NCBI GenBank assembly: GCA_009914755.4
Contig: CP068257.2
Span: 39,008,001-39,072,000 of the forward strand
Reading direction: 5' to 3'
Length of the DNA stretch: 64,000 bases
From: the human T2T-CHM13v2.0 reference genome, Homo sapiens
Of the stretch, positions 42,738 through 58,222 are shown piece by piece. The translations under genes were made by a program, and so were the position numbers. Numbering within the stretch: the first letter of the stretch is position 1; each line of letters starts with the position of its first letter. The notes under the pieces were generated by a model. That model saw only the letters and a program-made list of their open reading frames with translations. It had not been told where the DNA came from and did not search any database.

Positions 42738-42766
42738 AAAAACAAACAAACAAACAAACAAAAACA
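42738..42766. repeat. (CAAA)n microsatellite
   Basis: 'aaacaaacaaacaaacaaacaaaaacac'. Confidence 0.9.
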
Positions 42767-43206
42767 CAACACTGTGAAAAGACAGAAGCACTAGAATTTA
42801 TAAGCATTGATGATTATGTAAGAAATATCTAAAGAAAGTTCACTGTTAATATTGAAAGGTCTAATCCTGGCTATCTTTTACCTTCAGTTCTCTACATTTT
42901 TTTCCTTTTTTTAATCCTCTATCAAAATTATTATCTTGACAGACATGCCAGCCTTAGTATGTGCTCTTGCTTAAACAGCATGAGTTCCGTGCTTTATATT
43001 GAGACTGGCATATTTAAATTCAAGTGCAGACATACAGGAGCGTCCTATTTTGGCCATAAGTGACGCAAAGTCCAAATCTTAACACTCTTCTCCCAACAAG
43101 CATGCATTGAACAGCAGATATCAGATGTCATCTTCTCAAAGTTTTGCTTTATGCCAAAGTTACCATTAGGATTAGCTTAGCTCTCTTTGAAGGCAATTAA
43201 TGAGAA

Positions 43207-43525
43207 TGGAAGTGGTAGGGGCTGGATGTTTGTGTCCCCTAAATTAATATGCTGGAACCCTGTTCCCCAACATGATGCTATGGGAGGTGGGGCAGAATGG
43301 AATCAGTGCCCTCAGAGAGCCACAAGACCACTCACTTCCTTCCCTGCTCCCTGCCAGGCAAAGAAAGAAGGAGAAGTCGGCTTCTGCCACCAGGAAGAGG
43401 GCCCTCACCAGCACCCTGCGGGCATCTTGATCTCAGACTTCCAGCCTCCAGAGCCATGAGAAATGAACTGTTGTAGTTTCAGCGACGCAGTCCATCAAAC
43501 TTTATTACGGCAGCCTGAACAGGGT
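43207..43525 (+). mobile_element. MaLR-family solo LTR (MLT1-like)
   Basis: 'ggctggatgtttgtgtcccctaaattaatatgctggaaccctgttccccaacatgatgctatgggaggtggggc...caccaggaagagggccctcaccagcaccctgcgggcatcttgatctcagacttccagcctccagagccatgagaaatgaactgttgtagtttcagc...cagcctgaacagggtaag'. Confidence 0.7.
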
Positions 43526-43639
43526 AAGGTAGGAAGTAAATGGGAAACAAAATAAAAAGGGGAGAGTGCCTGAGGTGTCATCAGAAGCCCAGCTTGAGGG
43601 GCTCTGAGGTATGCAGGGGCTTTTCATAGTTGTCAATGA

Positions 43640-43955
43640 TGTGTGTGTGTGTGCACATGTGAGTGTGTGTGTGTGCGCGCCTGTGAGTGTGTATGCCAGT
43701 ATGTGTAGTATGTATGTGTGTGGTGTGTATGTGTGAGTGTATGTCATGTGGTGTGTGCATGTATGCATGTAAGTGTATGTATGTCAGTGTGTGTGGTGTG
43801 TGTATGACATATGTGCATGTGAGTGTATGTCTGTGCATGGTGTGGGGGGAATATAAGCATGTGAGTGTATGTCAAAGTGTGTGTGTGGGGGGGTGTATAT
43901 GTGTGTGTGTGTGGTGTGTGTGGACATGTATGTGTGTAAGAGAGTATGTGTGTGT
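43640..43955. repeat. About 320-bp complex (GT)n-rich tract, (TG)n interrupted by TATG/CATG/GAGT units; alternating purine-pyrimidine
   Basis: 'gtgtgtgtgtgtgcacatgtgagtgtgtgtgtgtgcgcgcctgtgagtgtgtatgccagtatgtgtagtatgtatgtgtgtggtgtgtatgtgtgagtgtatgtcatgtggtgtgtgcatgtatgcatg...'. The C/V/M-rich + ORFs and H/T-rich - ORFs at 43505-44204 are artefacts of it. Confidence 0.95.
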
Positions 43956-45407
43956 CCTGTTAGCAGGAGTGTCCAGGGCCAGGTCACTGAACACCTCCAT
44001 ATGCACAGGCCGGTCGCACACAACGTGGAATTGCCTGTGTTGCCGGCACTCTCCTCCCACCGCTTCAACACTGGACCACGTACATCTATAGACTTTGTCT
44101 CTGGGCATCCAATTCTCCCTCTTAGAATAAGAGCACTTGGGTTTTCCTTCGAGGAGCCATCCCTCATGGGCATGAGACCAAGGTCATCACCTCTGTGCCC
44201 CTAGACATGGTGACTCGTTCACAGATAGGCATGTGACATGACCCTTCTCAGGGATTTTGGAGAAAGAAGACTCTTTCCCCCTGGCTACTGAGCTACTGTC
44301 ACTGGGGTTGTGTGCAACGTGCCATGCTAGGTATGCCAAGGAGCCAATCTAAACCAGAGTACTCCAAGAGCAGTAAGACTGACAGCAAGAGTGAGAGGTG
44401 CTCCTGTCAGAGTTTCTGGACACCTTGATGCTTCTGGGCCTGAAGGCAGTTACTCCTGGAGTTTTCAGTTCTGTGAGCCAATAAGACTTTTTTTTGATTT
44501 CTGTTTGTCACTTGCAATCAAGAGTTCTGAATAATGCAAATTACTGCACAAATTCAAAACTCAGTTTATAGATGCAAAATAAATAAAATTCAATATTTTA
44601 GAATTATGAGTTTATAACAGGCTTATAAATATGTTTTCAGATATCAGTCTGCTCAAAGTCTAGTCGAGCTACAACATATGCACAAATAATGTATTTCTAT
44701 TCACAAAGCCAGTCTTTTCTTCCTAAGTGTCTCCCCTCTCCTGCAAATGTCCTCTTATCCATAGTCCGGGATAAAGGAAATGGATTATTCTAACGGCTGA
44801 GAAATACCTTCCCACTGGCATCGCATATATATAGAACCAGTGGTAAAGTCTGTAGGGAGATCTGTATTGGCATGGAAGGAGTAAGTGGGGACTCCCCACT
44901 GGGACTTCCATCGTATTTTCTCATCATATTTGTAAAGACCTGACTCTTCATTTATTGTTATCAAGGCCTGTGTGAGTTTGCTACCTTGCAATATCAGAAA
45001 TTGAGGAGGAAGTTCCCTGCCCTGTTTCCCCCCGGGATGAAGTTGCAGATCACTTGGAGAGGACCGACAGGAGAGGAAAGAGGAGGCCCCTGCTCCTGAT
45101 GACACAGCACCCCAAGGAAAGTGACCAAAACCAGCAGAAGCAACAAGGAAAGTCAGCTGTGCCGAGAATTGCATTGCAAATTCATTCCACGCGTTTGACC
45201 TGTGAGAGGAAGTGTTCCATGCTTTCATGTTAGGGAAATTTGGCCAGACGGGGAGCCACTGTCCATTGCTCCACACACGTGGAGTGCCCACTACTTCCTT
45301 GTCAGATTGTCAGACAGTGTCCTGAAAATAAGGGACAACAGTGGATGTGACGAAGAACCTATTTTGAGGACTTTTGTTCAGAGGAGAAGCAACAAATGGT
45401 ACACAGG

Positions 45408-45765
45408 TGATAGGGCTTGGATGTTTGTCCCCTCCAAATCTCATGTGGAAATGTGATTCCCAGTGTTGGAGGTGGGGTCTGGTGGGAGGTGACCAGGTCC
45501 TGGAGGTGGACCTCCCATCCCCTTGGTGATAAGTGAGTTCTCACTCAGTTCGTTCACAGGAGATCTGGTTGTTTAAGAGTCTGGAACCTCCTCTTCTCTC
45601 CCTCTTGTTCCTGCTTTCCCCGTGTGGTGTGCGTGCTCCTGCTTCACCTTCCGCCATGATTGCAAGCTTCCTGAGACCCTCACCAGAAGCTGAGCACATG
45701 TTGGTGCCAGGCTTTTACAGCATGCAGAACTGGGAGCCAATTAAACCTCTTTTCTTTATAAATAG
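45408..45765 (+). mobile_element. MaLR-family solo LTR (MST/THE1-like), 3'-truncated by ~40 bp
   Basis: 'tgatagggcttggatgtttgtcccctccaaatctcatgtggaaatgtgattcccagtgttggaggtggggtctggtgggaggtgaccaggtcctggaggtgg...ttcaccttccgccatgattgcaagcttcctgagaccctcaccagaagctgag...gaactgggagccaattaaacctcttttctttataaata' matches the MST/THE1 consensus 'TGATATGGTTTGGCTGTGTCCCCACCCAAATCTCATCTTGAATTGTAGCTCCCATAATTCCCACGTGTTGTGGGAGGGACC...'. The ORFs at 45359-45853 are LTR-derived. Confidence 0.75.
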
Positions 45766-48157
45766 CAAGCAAAGGAATAAAGGAACGGCAGAATTTCAAA
45801 GAAAACACAGAGGCAGGCTGGGCATGGGGAGGTGGCAAATTCAGAGTGAGTAGTCAAAAGCAGCCTTCTGGGTGCATCCTTCCTGAACTACAACTTGAAT
45901 GACAAGAAGAGACCAGCCAGGCCCTGTCAATACCTGTGGACAGAATCCTCTGCTGGGAGACAGTATGTGAAAAATCTCCAATCAGGAGCAAGGAGCAAAC
46001 TGGACTCTGAGCAGGCTGTTGTGGAACAGGGCTGTCCCCTTGGCCTTCTGTGAGTGCCCACTGCACCTGTTCCCCTTGCCTGGAATGTCCTCTCCGCACT
46101 TTCATTTTTCTTTAACCAATCTAAAGGACAACTTGTCACTTTCCAGGGCATAAATTCCCTGACCTCTGACAGGCCAGGTCCCCTGAAATTCCCCGTACAG
46201 CCCCCACTCCTGTTGTTCATTTCCAGCAGGTCTCACAATTGTAAGCAGGTCATTATTTACATGATTACTTGAGGTCTTCCCCAAGACCATAGGCCCATGA
46301 GCACAGACACAGCTGGCACTACTGCTCACCGTTCCACCCTGGGCACCCCATCTGTGCCGGGTCTGGTCCATGGCAATGCCCAATCCATCCACTTTGAATG
46401 AATCAGTGAATGAATGCTCACAGACAGATACACCCCCATCTTATCCAGAAGACAGAAATTGTCCGCTGCCATGACCTCGGGTGTGAAGATTGCAGAACCA
46501 TGGTTAGGCACGCTGCCATAGCATTCCCTGAGTATCTCATGCCACCTGTTCTTTGGGCCCTAAGGTGACTTAGAGTGTGGAATCAGCTCAGGCTTTTCCG
46601 CTTTTCCCCAACTTCAGTTTGGTAAATGTCTCTCCTGGCTGACACCTGCTAGAGGGCCAGCTCCTCAGGTGCCTGTGGAGTTGGCTGCATCCCTACTCTC
46701 AGTGGGGACTGCCAACAATTTAATGGTAACCTGAGGAGACCAACCACATCTCCAGCATGCCAGGAAGGGAGAAAGAAGCTTCTGTCCTCTTCACTGCTGA
46801 TGAAGATAGGCACATACTGATGATGGGTGGCCACAGAAAAGCATTCTAAATATGAGGAGGATGATGATAGCTATACCCATGCACTGTGCATGCCCAGCCC
46901 TGAGATGAGTGTTTTCTATGCAGTACCTCATTTAACCCTTAAAACAACCCTATGAGCAGAGTAGTATCATCCTCATCATTTTCCAGAGGAGAAAACCGCG
47001 GAACAGAAGGGCTAAATAACTTACCCAAGATCACATAGCAAGAAAGTGGCAGAGCTTGGGTTCCAGGTGGTCCCATTGCTGATACTTTCATCCCTGATAG
47101 AATTTTGCCACACAAATGATGACCTGAGCCCACTCTGTTCACCAACACCTGTTCTTCCTCACCTTGCATGGGCAATGGCTGCTTCTGCTTCTGCCTACAG
47201 TCAGGCTGGAGGCTTTCAGAGGGAAGGATTCCTTTTTATAAGTATGGTAAAGCCCCCGGTGGTTGTTTTCCTGGGCGTTTTGTACTTGAAATATTTAGGC
47301 CCTCAGCACTCACACCTGGCCACTGCTTTGCCCCTGCACCTGGGCTACTTCAGGTCTATGGGACCAGTTGCGGTTAGCGCTAGACAACAATGACATAAAA
47401 ATGAACCAAATGTTCCAAGGATCAGAAGCACGGACTCCACAGACTACTTCAAAGTGATGTGCAGCAAGGCACAAGAGTTCCAAAAGCCACTGTGGCTGGT
47501 TAGTTCCCCATTAAGTTGCTTCCTTGCTTGGCTTTATTATTTCATCTGCTCCATTAGTGAACAGCAAGCGTTTTGCAAAAAAGGCATTGCACAGCCTCAC
47601 CAAGCTCCTAGAGAAGCCTTTCTAGAAGCTGCTTCATGTATCCCCACAAAGCAACATGGGCAGCAGGTTGGTGGGATGCCCCACTCTCCCGAAGAAGCAG
47701 CAGACTTATCCAGGTTAACTCCCTCCTCTCTCCTTTGTCCCCAACATGCACTGATCAGGAAGATGAAACCAAGTGAAAGCCACTTCCTGTGTGGGTCTTA
47801 AAATTCAATAAAAATAATATCTCAGAAAAAAGCCAGAACACACTTTCTGTTCAGATGGAAAAATGCATGTTTCCCTCCCCACCTTCACCTACAAGCTGAG
47901 TTCATGTTATTTCAACAGCACATCATGGACCCAGATGCAAATGGACAGTATCTGAAATGCAGTCCCGAGCAGGAGAAATGTAGTTTCATCAGCGAGTCAT
48001 TTTTAAGGCTTGATTTCTATTTGTATTTAAACATACTATCAAAAAATAAATACTTGCATATTTTGTGGAATGTCTGTTGAAAATATGTGCCCAAAGTGTC
48101 TAACTTGGGACAAATCTGACCTCAGTCCCTGGAAGGCTACCTTCGATTTATGCCTCT

Positions 48158-48528
48158 TGATATGGCTTGGCTGTGTCGTCACCAACATCTCATCTTGTAG
48201 TTCCCATAATCCCCACATGTTGTGGGAGGAGCCAGGTGGGAGGTAATTGAATCATGGGGGCAGTTACCCCCATGCTATTCTCGTGATAGTGAGTGAGTCC
48301 TCATGATAACTGATGGTTTTATAAGGGGCTTTTCCCCGCTTTTGCTTGGCACTTGTCTCTCCTGTCGCCATGTGAAGAAGGATGTGTTTGCTTTGTTTTC
48401 TGCCATGATTCTATGTTTCCTGAGGCCTCCCCAGCCATGTGAAACTGTGAGTCAATTAAACCTCTTTTCTTTATAAATTACCCAGTCTCAGGCATTTCTT
48501 CATAACAGTGTGAGAATGGACTAATACA
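48158..48528 (+). mobile_element. THE1-family (MaLR) solo LTR, full length
   Basis: 'tgatatggcttggctgtgtcgtcaccaacatctcatcttgtagttcccataatccccacatgttgtgggaggagccaggtgggaggtaattgaatcatgggggcagttacccccatgctattctcgtgatagtgagtgagtcctcatgataactgatggttttataaggggcttttcc...gccatgattctatgtttcctgaggcctccccagccatgtgaaactgtgagtcaattaaacctcttttctttataaattacccagtctcaggcatttcttcataacagtgtgagaatggactaataca' tracks the THE1 consensus nearly base for base. Confidence 0.85.
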
Positions 48529-50004
48529 CCTCTCCACTCTGAATTTAATTTCTTTGGTTTGGTTTTCAATTATCTTATCTATCATAGATCAAAACTTATT
48601 TCCCCAGTACCTTCCTTCTAATACCTTTCCAAATTTTTATCTGGAAGTAGAAGGCCCCAGTCTCATTCTATTAACTCTGCTATCCCATAGCCAGCATGTT
48701 TAGAGATACCAAATACAGTTGCTAGAGCTCCAGGCAACAGCACTGGGATCCAGTCACTAGCCATCCTCTACAGTGTCTGAAAATGACTCGTTGCCTCACT
48801 CACTTATTCAGCAAACACACTGCTGTACACTAGTCCCTGCACTGGGTGCTGTCTTATGACAACTTCCCCAGCCTCCAGCCTTCCTTGCATTTATAAAAGG
48901 TACTGATATGCACCAACTCACATCAGTGGATTCAGTTACACACAATGACAGGCAGCACCAGTTGTGTTTGTGCAGGGAAGTGGTCTTCAGTGCTGGTAGA
49001 ACATAAAACTCACTTGGAAAGTTTTTCAAAATATGAATGCTGGAGCCCAAGCCCAGACCAATTAAAGCAAATCTCTAAGGGCATTGGTATTTGTAAAAAT
49101 CCACCCAGGGGGTTGTAATGAACAACCAGGGCTAAGAACCTGCAGCCTTGTCACTGACAATACCAGCCTTGGACCAGCAGATTCAGCAACACCTGGGAGC
49201 TCATTAGAAATGCAGAATCCTAGGCCCCACACCAAGCTACTGAATCAGAATCTGCTTTATTTAACAGGATTCCTGGGTGATTCATGTGCACTAAACTGTT
49301 TAAGTACTATTCTGGGAGATTAGAACATAAAACTTTATCTGTTGAATTAATAGACTGTATTACAGTGAGCTGCATGTCATATCATTTTCAGAAACTAACG
49401 TCTGTGTAACAGCTTTCCTGGAAGATGAGATCACTCCAGACCACCCAGAGATGCCTAAGGACTCCACTTCCTTTCAGTAGTATAGTCCAGTCAAAAGATA
49501 GTGATTGGGAAAAAAAACAAAGAAAAGATACAGAAATTGGGGCTAAAATGAGGCTCTGTAATGAAAAGATTGTATTGAGTTCAGGAAGCAGTTATATCAC
49601 CTCCATGCCAAACACACACACACACCAGATAATAAATTCCTTGAGTGCAGGGATTGCGTATTTCTCTTATTCATAGCTATATTCACAAAGCCAAGCTCAA
49701 GACCTTCACAGAGTCGGTGGTCACTAAATATTTCTTGCATCACTTAGTGTCCTGAACAGAGAACAATTCTGTTAGTCATTTATTTTGAGACCCTAGACGA
49801 ATCTCTCCACCTCTCAGTGGAGAGATTTTCAGTGTCTTATCTATATGATCTGTTTAAATTATTTACCCTAAGATACAAAAGCAACAAAGAGCTCACTGAT
49901 GAATAATTATGTGATCAACAGACACAGGGAAAGCTCCTTATATCTAGGAGAACTGTGGACTGGTCTCCACACTTCCACCATCCACGTGCCCAAAGAGTAA
50001 TTAG

Positions 50005-50494
<490 letters not shown>

Positions 50495-50774
50495 ATGTTA
50501 TTATAATTTTTAAGCCTACAATATACTTTTCATTTTCTAAGGCTTGATTTTTTTCAACATATGGCTATAATAAAAAAAAAAGTCCAAATTCAATACCATC
50601 ACACACATCCTTTAAAAAAATACCAGGACAAAATAATTATGATTATGATTTTGGAAGTTGTTTATAAAATACAATGTCACAATATAGTACTAGTTCAAGT
50701 TAATTCACCTAGGTCTTTACTTACAAATAAAATCAATTTTCCCATGCAGCTATTTTAAGAGAAGAGGTGCAATA

Positions 50775-51455
<681 letters not shown>

Positions 51456-52019
51456 TTTAAGTTAGTTCTCAGTTGCTTTTGCATAGGTGACTTAGCATTC
51501 CTAATCAGAACACAATCAACTCAAACAAACAGAAGACAAGCCAAATGTACTTTTGTCATATAACTTGTACAAGAGAAAATAGTCTCCATTAAAAAATATT
51601 GTAACCAGATTATAAGAAAATGCATCCTGAGGTAAAGGCAGTACCTAAAAAGAACTTAAAAATACTACTTTGCCATATGAAAGCCTGAGACAAGCTTAAC
51701 GAGACACCATTCACATCCACAGTCTAGTCACATACGTGAGTGTCTAAAATTTCTCCCAACTGTAGTCTTTGACCAGGTTTACTTTCCTGAAGAAATGTAA
51801 AAGTTCATTTTCCTCACCACATGATTTTAGGAGAAAATCCATGCACAGTTTTAAATAAAGGGATATTTAGAAAGAGATCAAAGAGAGAAAAAGACATGAT
51901 CCAAAGTTTGAACACTGTAAAACTTATAAGGAGAACAGATAATTTCTTCAAAGGAAGAAAAGGCGAACAGACTAGCCTGAACAAATAAAAAAGTCTTCAT
52001 ACACTAACATGAACAAAGA

Positions 52020-52478
<459 letters not shown>

Positions 52479-52502
52479 TCAGACAGAAGAGCAGAAGGGT
52501 GC

Positions 52503-52880
52503 TGTATTAGTCATCTTAGGCTGCTGCAAAAAATACCACAGGCAGGATGGCTTAGACAACAGAAAGTTATATTTTCACAGTTCTGGAGGCCAGAGTCCGA
52601 AATCAAGTTTCCAGCCACTGTGTATCTGGTGAGGGCTCTCTTCCAAACTTGCAGACAGCCACCTTCTGTGTCCTCACATGGCAGAGAGAGAAAGAGCAAG
52701 CTCTCTGGTGTCTCTCCCACTTCTTATAAGGACACCAGTCCTATTGGGTTAGGTACTGCCCTGATGCCCTCATTTAATCTTAATTACTTCCTTAAGTGCC
52801 TCACTTCCAAATACAGTCACATTGGGGGTTAGGGCTTCAACATATATGGCTTTTAGAGAGGGACATAACATCAGTCCGTA
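52503..52880 (-). mobile_element. MaLR-family solo LTR (MLT1-like), antisense
   Basis: 'tgtattagtcatcttaggctgctgcaaaaaataccacaggcaggatggcttagacaacagaaagttatattttcacagttctggaggccagagtccgaaatcaag...tcctcacatggcagagagagaaag...cttataaggacaccagtcctattgg...caaatacagtcacattgggggttagggcttcaacatatatggcttttagagagggacataacatcagtccgtag' is the reverse complement of the MLT1 pattern. The ORFs at 52425-52832 are LTR-derived. Confidence 0.7.
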
Positions 52881-54182
52881 GAAGGTGCTCTTGGTGGTCT
52901 TTAGTTTAGCTTAAGTAAATTTAGCAAAATTATAGTGCCTAATAATTACTGTGAGATGTCGACCATCAACTGCTATATCCGGAGTTGGAAGCTGGAAAGA
53001 GAGGTCCCTGTGTCTCTTTTTGCTTCAAAGGCCAAAACTATCCACTTTCTTTTATTTTGACTAACTGGAAATCAGCCAACAAAAATGCAGTGAAGTCAGT
53101 GGTAAGTCTGACCTAGCATGAGTAAGATAAAGCTGAAGGTGAAACAGAAAAAAGAAAACAGCTTGAGCAAAGGTAGGAGGCCAGAGTAGTATATTCAAGG
53201 AAGGCTTCAGAAAGATATTTATAGTGAGCCTAAGTGGCTCACAGGACATCCTCCGCACACACATATACACCAAGAACAGAGTGCCTAAAGGGCTTTGCCT
53301 ATTATTAATGCTATTCAATTTCTGATTGATAACCTTAAATAATAGAGTTTCCACACCTATTGATGGTACCAACATGCACTAAATTCCTTACCTGAATCAT
53401 CCTTGATGACTGTCTTTCTCTCACCCCCACATCTAATCTATCAGCCAACATACCAAAGCTTCCCCAAACATCTCTCACATCTGTCCTTTTTTTCTCTGTC
53501 CCCATGTCTGCCACTCAAGTCAGTCTCCACCAGCCTCCTACTAGTCATCTAATGGTATGTTTGCTCTCCCCCGCACTGTTCTCCACACAGCAACAGCAGT
53601 CACATCAATCCCCAGCCCAGAATTCAACAGTTTGCCATTATCCCTGCATAAAAATCCAAAGCTATTGCCTTAACCAGGAAGGCCCTTCATATGCAGGCTG
53701 GCCCTGCCCCAACCCTTCCCTGGCCACCTCCCATCCTGACTCCCTATCCAAGCTCACTCCACTTAGGGGTCTTCCACCAACCACAGTCCCCTCCACCTGA
53801 GCACCCACACATGGTTGGTTGCCTCTTGTTCCATCTTTCCTTCCACTTCACAGCTGGCCATTTGGAGTTGGCTGTGATGGTGTCTTGTTTTACGGTAGTA
53901 AAGATAAAAATGATGCCCCCCCAAAATACAAAAAATGGAATTAGAATCCAATGAAACCCAGTGTATCTACATATTAGACTTTATAAAAGTAGAAATTTCA
54001 GATTTATTCAAGACCTATAAATGTTGTTTGGTCCTATGAAAACATCTAACTCATATTTAACCCTGAATTGTTGAACTCAAGGCCTTAAACAACCTCAATT
54101 TTATGCAAATCACCTCTAGTGGCCTTACGTTGGAAGTAGTTTTTTCTAAATTATATTCTATAGAATAACATGAGTGGTCTGG

Positions 54183-54601
54183 TGGTATGGCTTGGATCTG
54201 TGTCACTGCCCAGCTGTCATGTAGAACTGTAATCCCTAATGTTGGAAGTGGGGCCTGGGGAGGTGATTAGATCATGGGGGTGGATTTCCCATGAATAGTT
54301 TAGCACTATCCACAATATTTTTCAGATGGTAAGTTCTCATGAGACCTGGTTGTTTAAAAGTATGCAGCTCCTCCCTCACTCTCTCTTGCTTCTGTTTTTA
54401 CCAGGTGAACTTTCTGCTCCAGCTCTGACTTCCACCATGAGTAAAAGCTCCCTGAGGCCTCCCCAGAAGCAGCTGCTGGCACCATGCTTCCTCTATAGCC
54501 TGCAGAACCGTGAGCCGGTTAAATCTCTTTTCCTTATAAATTACCCAGCCTCAGGTATTTCTTTACAGCAATGTGAGAATGGACTAATACATCTAAAAAG
54601 A
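54183..54601 (+). mobile_element. MaLR-family solo LTR (MST/THE1-like), full length
   Basis: 'tggtatggcttggatctgtgtcactgcccagctgtcatgtagaactgtaatccctaatgttggaagtggggcctggggaggtgattagatcatgggggtggatttcccatg...gacttccaccatgagtaaaagctccctgaggcctccccagaagcagctg...ctgcagaaccgtgagccggttaaatctcttttccttataaattacccagcctcaggtatttctttacagcaatgtgagaatggactaataca'. The ORF at 54326-54631 is LTR-derived. Confidence 0.8.
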
Positions 54602-55213
54602 GAAAATAAAAATAAAAATAAACTAATTTAATTGGTTTTAAAAAGTGGCCACAATCACTTTGACATTCGTGCTGCATGGAACTGGGTTGCTATTGCTTAA
54701 TGTATTATTTCCTAAAATTTTTTGAACCAGAATCCACATAATCTTTTCCCTATCTTCCTAATCTCTCCATGGACACAGTTTGAGAAATCCTGGTCAAAAA
54801 TATCTCATTTTATTAGCTGAGAAGGAATACACTCAACTTGGAGATGATTCACTAGTCTTAAAGGACCATTTTATTTGTGGTTCTAGTCTTTGGCCAGAAT
54901 TTAGAGCTCATAACCAACAGAAAAATGCTTCAGTTGTTGTAGCATTAATTTTTAAAATATGACATTTATAATCTGCCTATTCCTGCCTTGGTCATGTGCC
55001 AATTGCTCATGTTTAAACATGTAATCTGAAGTTTCAAGTAAAAAATATGATTTGTCTTATAGGTGTTTTTCCTCAACTTTTCATTATAGAATATTTTAAA
55101 CACACATGAAGGATATAACGAGTATAATAAACCTCCATGTACCATCCCCCAGCTTCAGAAATTATCAATTCAGGCTACAACCTCACCCCTGGCAATGGAT
55201 TGTTTTGAAGTAA

Positions 55214-55541
<328 letters not shown>

Positions 55542-55636
55542 CATAAAGGTATTTTTAAAAGCTAACTGTCAGTTAATATTTGTTACTAAGAGTAAAAATG
55601 CCATAACTTCCACACTCCCACCTCATTATATAAACA

Positions 55637-55675
55637 CACACACACACACACGCACGCGCACACACGTACACACAA
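55637..55675. repeat. (CA)n microsatellite with CG/GT interruptions
   Basis: 'acacacacacacacacgcacgcgcacacacgtacacaca'. Confidence 0.9.
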
Positions 55676-58222
55676 TGCATGTTCATTAAAACGAATAATC
55701 CCAGCTGCTTCTGCTGTGGGGCTGGCATCTCTGAGTCTATTTCATGGCATGGCATGGGAAGGAGTGTTGACGGATGCCTCACATGTGTTCGGTTACTGTT
55801 GATAAGGACACTGTATAAAATATTTGCCCCAGACCACGGGGACTAATATGGTAGCACACTTTCATCTGTCAGATTGGCTTGATCCACACAAACCTGTCAA
55901 CAAAACCAGGTCAGCAGGCTGGAGTAGAGAAGGGAAAAATCAATAAATCTTTGAATTAATCATGCAGCTATCAGAGAGAATTATGGGTTCACACAGTGAA
56001 ATGTATACTTGGGCCTATTTGCTCCTTTCTTCTTCCAGTTATTCCTTCATTTCCATCCAATGTAGAGTCCCTCCTATAGAATCCCCACGCCAATAACTTC
56101 GTTTCTGTAACTAGGTTCAAATAACTGTCCCTAATTTATAGCTTCTGTTCCACCATAATTCTTCTAAGAAAGGGTTGGAGACTAAAGAAAAATAAGTCCA
56201 ATTTAAATCACAAGAAAAGCTGCATTCTAAATTGCTATGAGTGTTGCCTCTAGTTTTTAAATTCAGGTCGTATATGTTAGTCACAAATAAACAAATAAAT
56301 CTTGCCATAAAACTGGATTTTTACATCCTATATAATAACCTGATGTGCACAAATAATTTTACTGAACCTTCACAGAGGTTCTGATCCTTGTCACCTTGAA
56401 TATCCTTGCTGTTACACAGAGTTTACAATGTTTGTCCCTCGTGCCGCCTCCTCAATTTAACTAACCCTTCAAAAGAGAAATATCTTTAATCACATATCTA
56501 TAGTCCTTCCTATTCTCCTTCTGCATAACCATTTTACAAGAACACATATACTCTATAGCCACTATTAGTAAAAAGCAGCATCGTCTTAGATCCAGAATTT
56601 AAAATAGAAGTCACTATGAATATATTTTTCCCACCACCAAAAAGGTGTAAAATTTATAAACTGATCAATAACTATGCAACAAGTGTATATTTTAAATACA
56701 TGAAATTACTTTTCCAGTTTCACCATTTTTCTTGAAAAGAAAGTAATTATCCATATCCTTACTAGCAAGAAAAGCTTTGTTTTTAAAAATCTCAATACAA
56801 AACTAAAAACACTTAAATATTTTGATAAAACAAGAGAGAAACATTCATCTTATGTCAACAAGTCAAAGCCAGTAAAAAAAGCACAAGAAATTCAGGAAAA
56901 TACACATGTTCAGGACCATAAACTAAGCATGTGCAGAGTCCTATCAAAGTCATGCATCAGGCCTCGCGGAGCCCAGAGGTTCTGCATGTTTTGCATCTGA
57001 AATGGACTTCAGGCTTTCATGGAAAAGGTTTACTGGAGAACCCTGGGAGGCACGGCCAGCAATAGGATGTTCAGGTTTTCTCTACTTAGCGATGGAATTG
57101 TGTCGAATTCAGTAAAAGAGGAAATGCTTGAGACTTCGATTGCCGTATTGTTCTTTTGTTTGCTTGTTTTTTTGTCTTGTTTTGTTTTTTAATTTTTAAA
57201 AATTTTTTTACTTAGAGGCAAGGAATAGAGTAGATTCAGCATCAGAGGAATTGACTTGATGGGGACACAGTGTGGGACACAGACTGACATAGAAAGTTCG
57301 AACACAGAATTTACTGACCTTGAATAAATCCTTGTGGATCATTTAAAAATTACCTGCAAGGCTGAGATACACCTTTCTTCAATATTTCATCATGCATGGT
57401 AAGCATTTGGCAATACAGATTTTTTTTAAAGTCTTGAATCCTAGAATAATTTTTTTAAAGAACAAATTACTTCGCTTGGAAATCAGAACTGTGGAAACGA
57501 GTCACGTGCATCCGGGCCTCGTGCTCCCTGGCTCTCCACCGAGGGATTCAGCCTGGCTGCGTTCCGTTTTGGGAAATGGCCCTCCTCAATTTCAAGTTCA
57601 TTTGGCTTTTTCAATGATAGGGTTTCAATTCAAACAGATAACAATGCTGAGAACTAAAAATTTCACCATCTAATTAGCCGGGGGGGAATCTCAGTATGGC
57701 CTTTCTTTCCTAGTATCATCTGCAGTTTGAAAATGACTTGATGAAGGCTTTTTATAAAAACCCTTTACTTTTCCTGGTACAAGAACAATTGTAGTGAAAG
57801 ATACTGGTACAATGCAATGGGCATAGGAGGATAAAAAAAAAATGTGTGCATAAAAAGAAGCAGAGGAAACCAGGACAAATAAGAGATCAGAGAAAAGAGT
57901 GTGGCTGAAGGTTTCAAAATGCAATTTAGGTTGAAAAAAAGGAAGACACGATCCAACATCTATATCAGGCATTTTAATGGAGTATGAATCCCTGGTTAAT
58001 CTGGGTAAGGACAAGTGGGAGCCGGGGGGTGAGGGAATGCAGATAGTCACAAGGTTGAAAGGAAACAAAAAAGGCCTGGACTGTTGCAGCTTTCGATACT
58101 GGTGTGTTCTTCTGAAGATCCACTGCCCCATAGCTTTTATTACTTACTCAACATGTCCATGATCCCCCCAAAAAGTCAAGAAACATTGGCCTAAGGATAT
58201 TTCCATCTATTAAAAAAATATG

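Noticed and set aside
43505-44204. A cluster of 78-134-aa Cys/Val/Met-rich (+) and His/Thr-rich (-) ORFs, superficially like a metallothionein or cysteine-rich peptide
   Set aside because: They sit inside the (GT)n-rich tract. TGT/GTG/ATG codons give C/V/M, and the complement gives H/T. They are a low-complexity artefact.
44785-45291. 168-aa - strand ORF (the longest ORF outside a simple repeat) and a 115-aa + ORF at 47454-47801 as candidate exons
   Set aside because: I see no recognisable protein motif, no flanking splice consensus and no compositional support. ORFs of this size arise by chance in 64 kb of AT-rich DNA. I cannot support them as CDS, and BLASTX would settle it.
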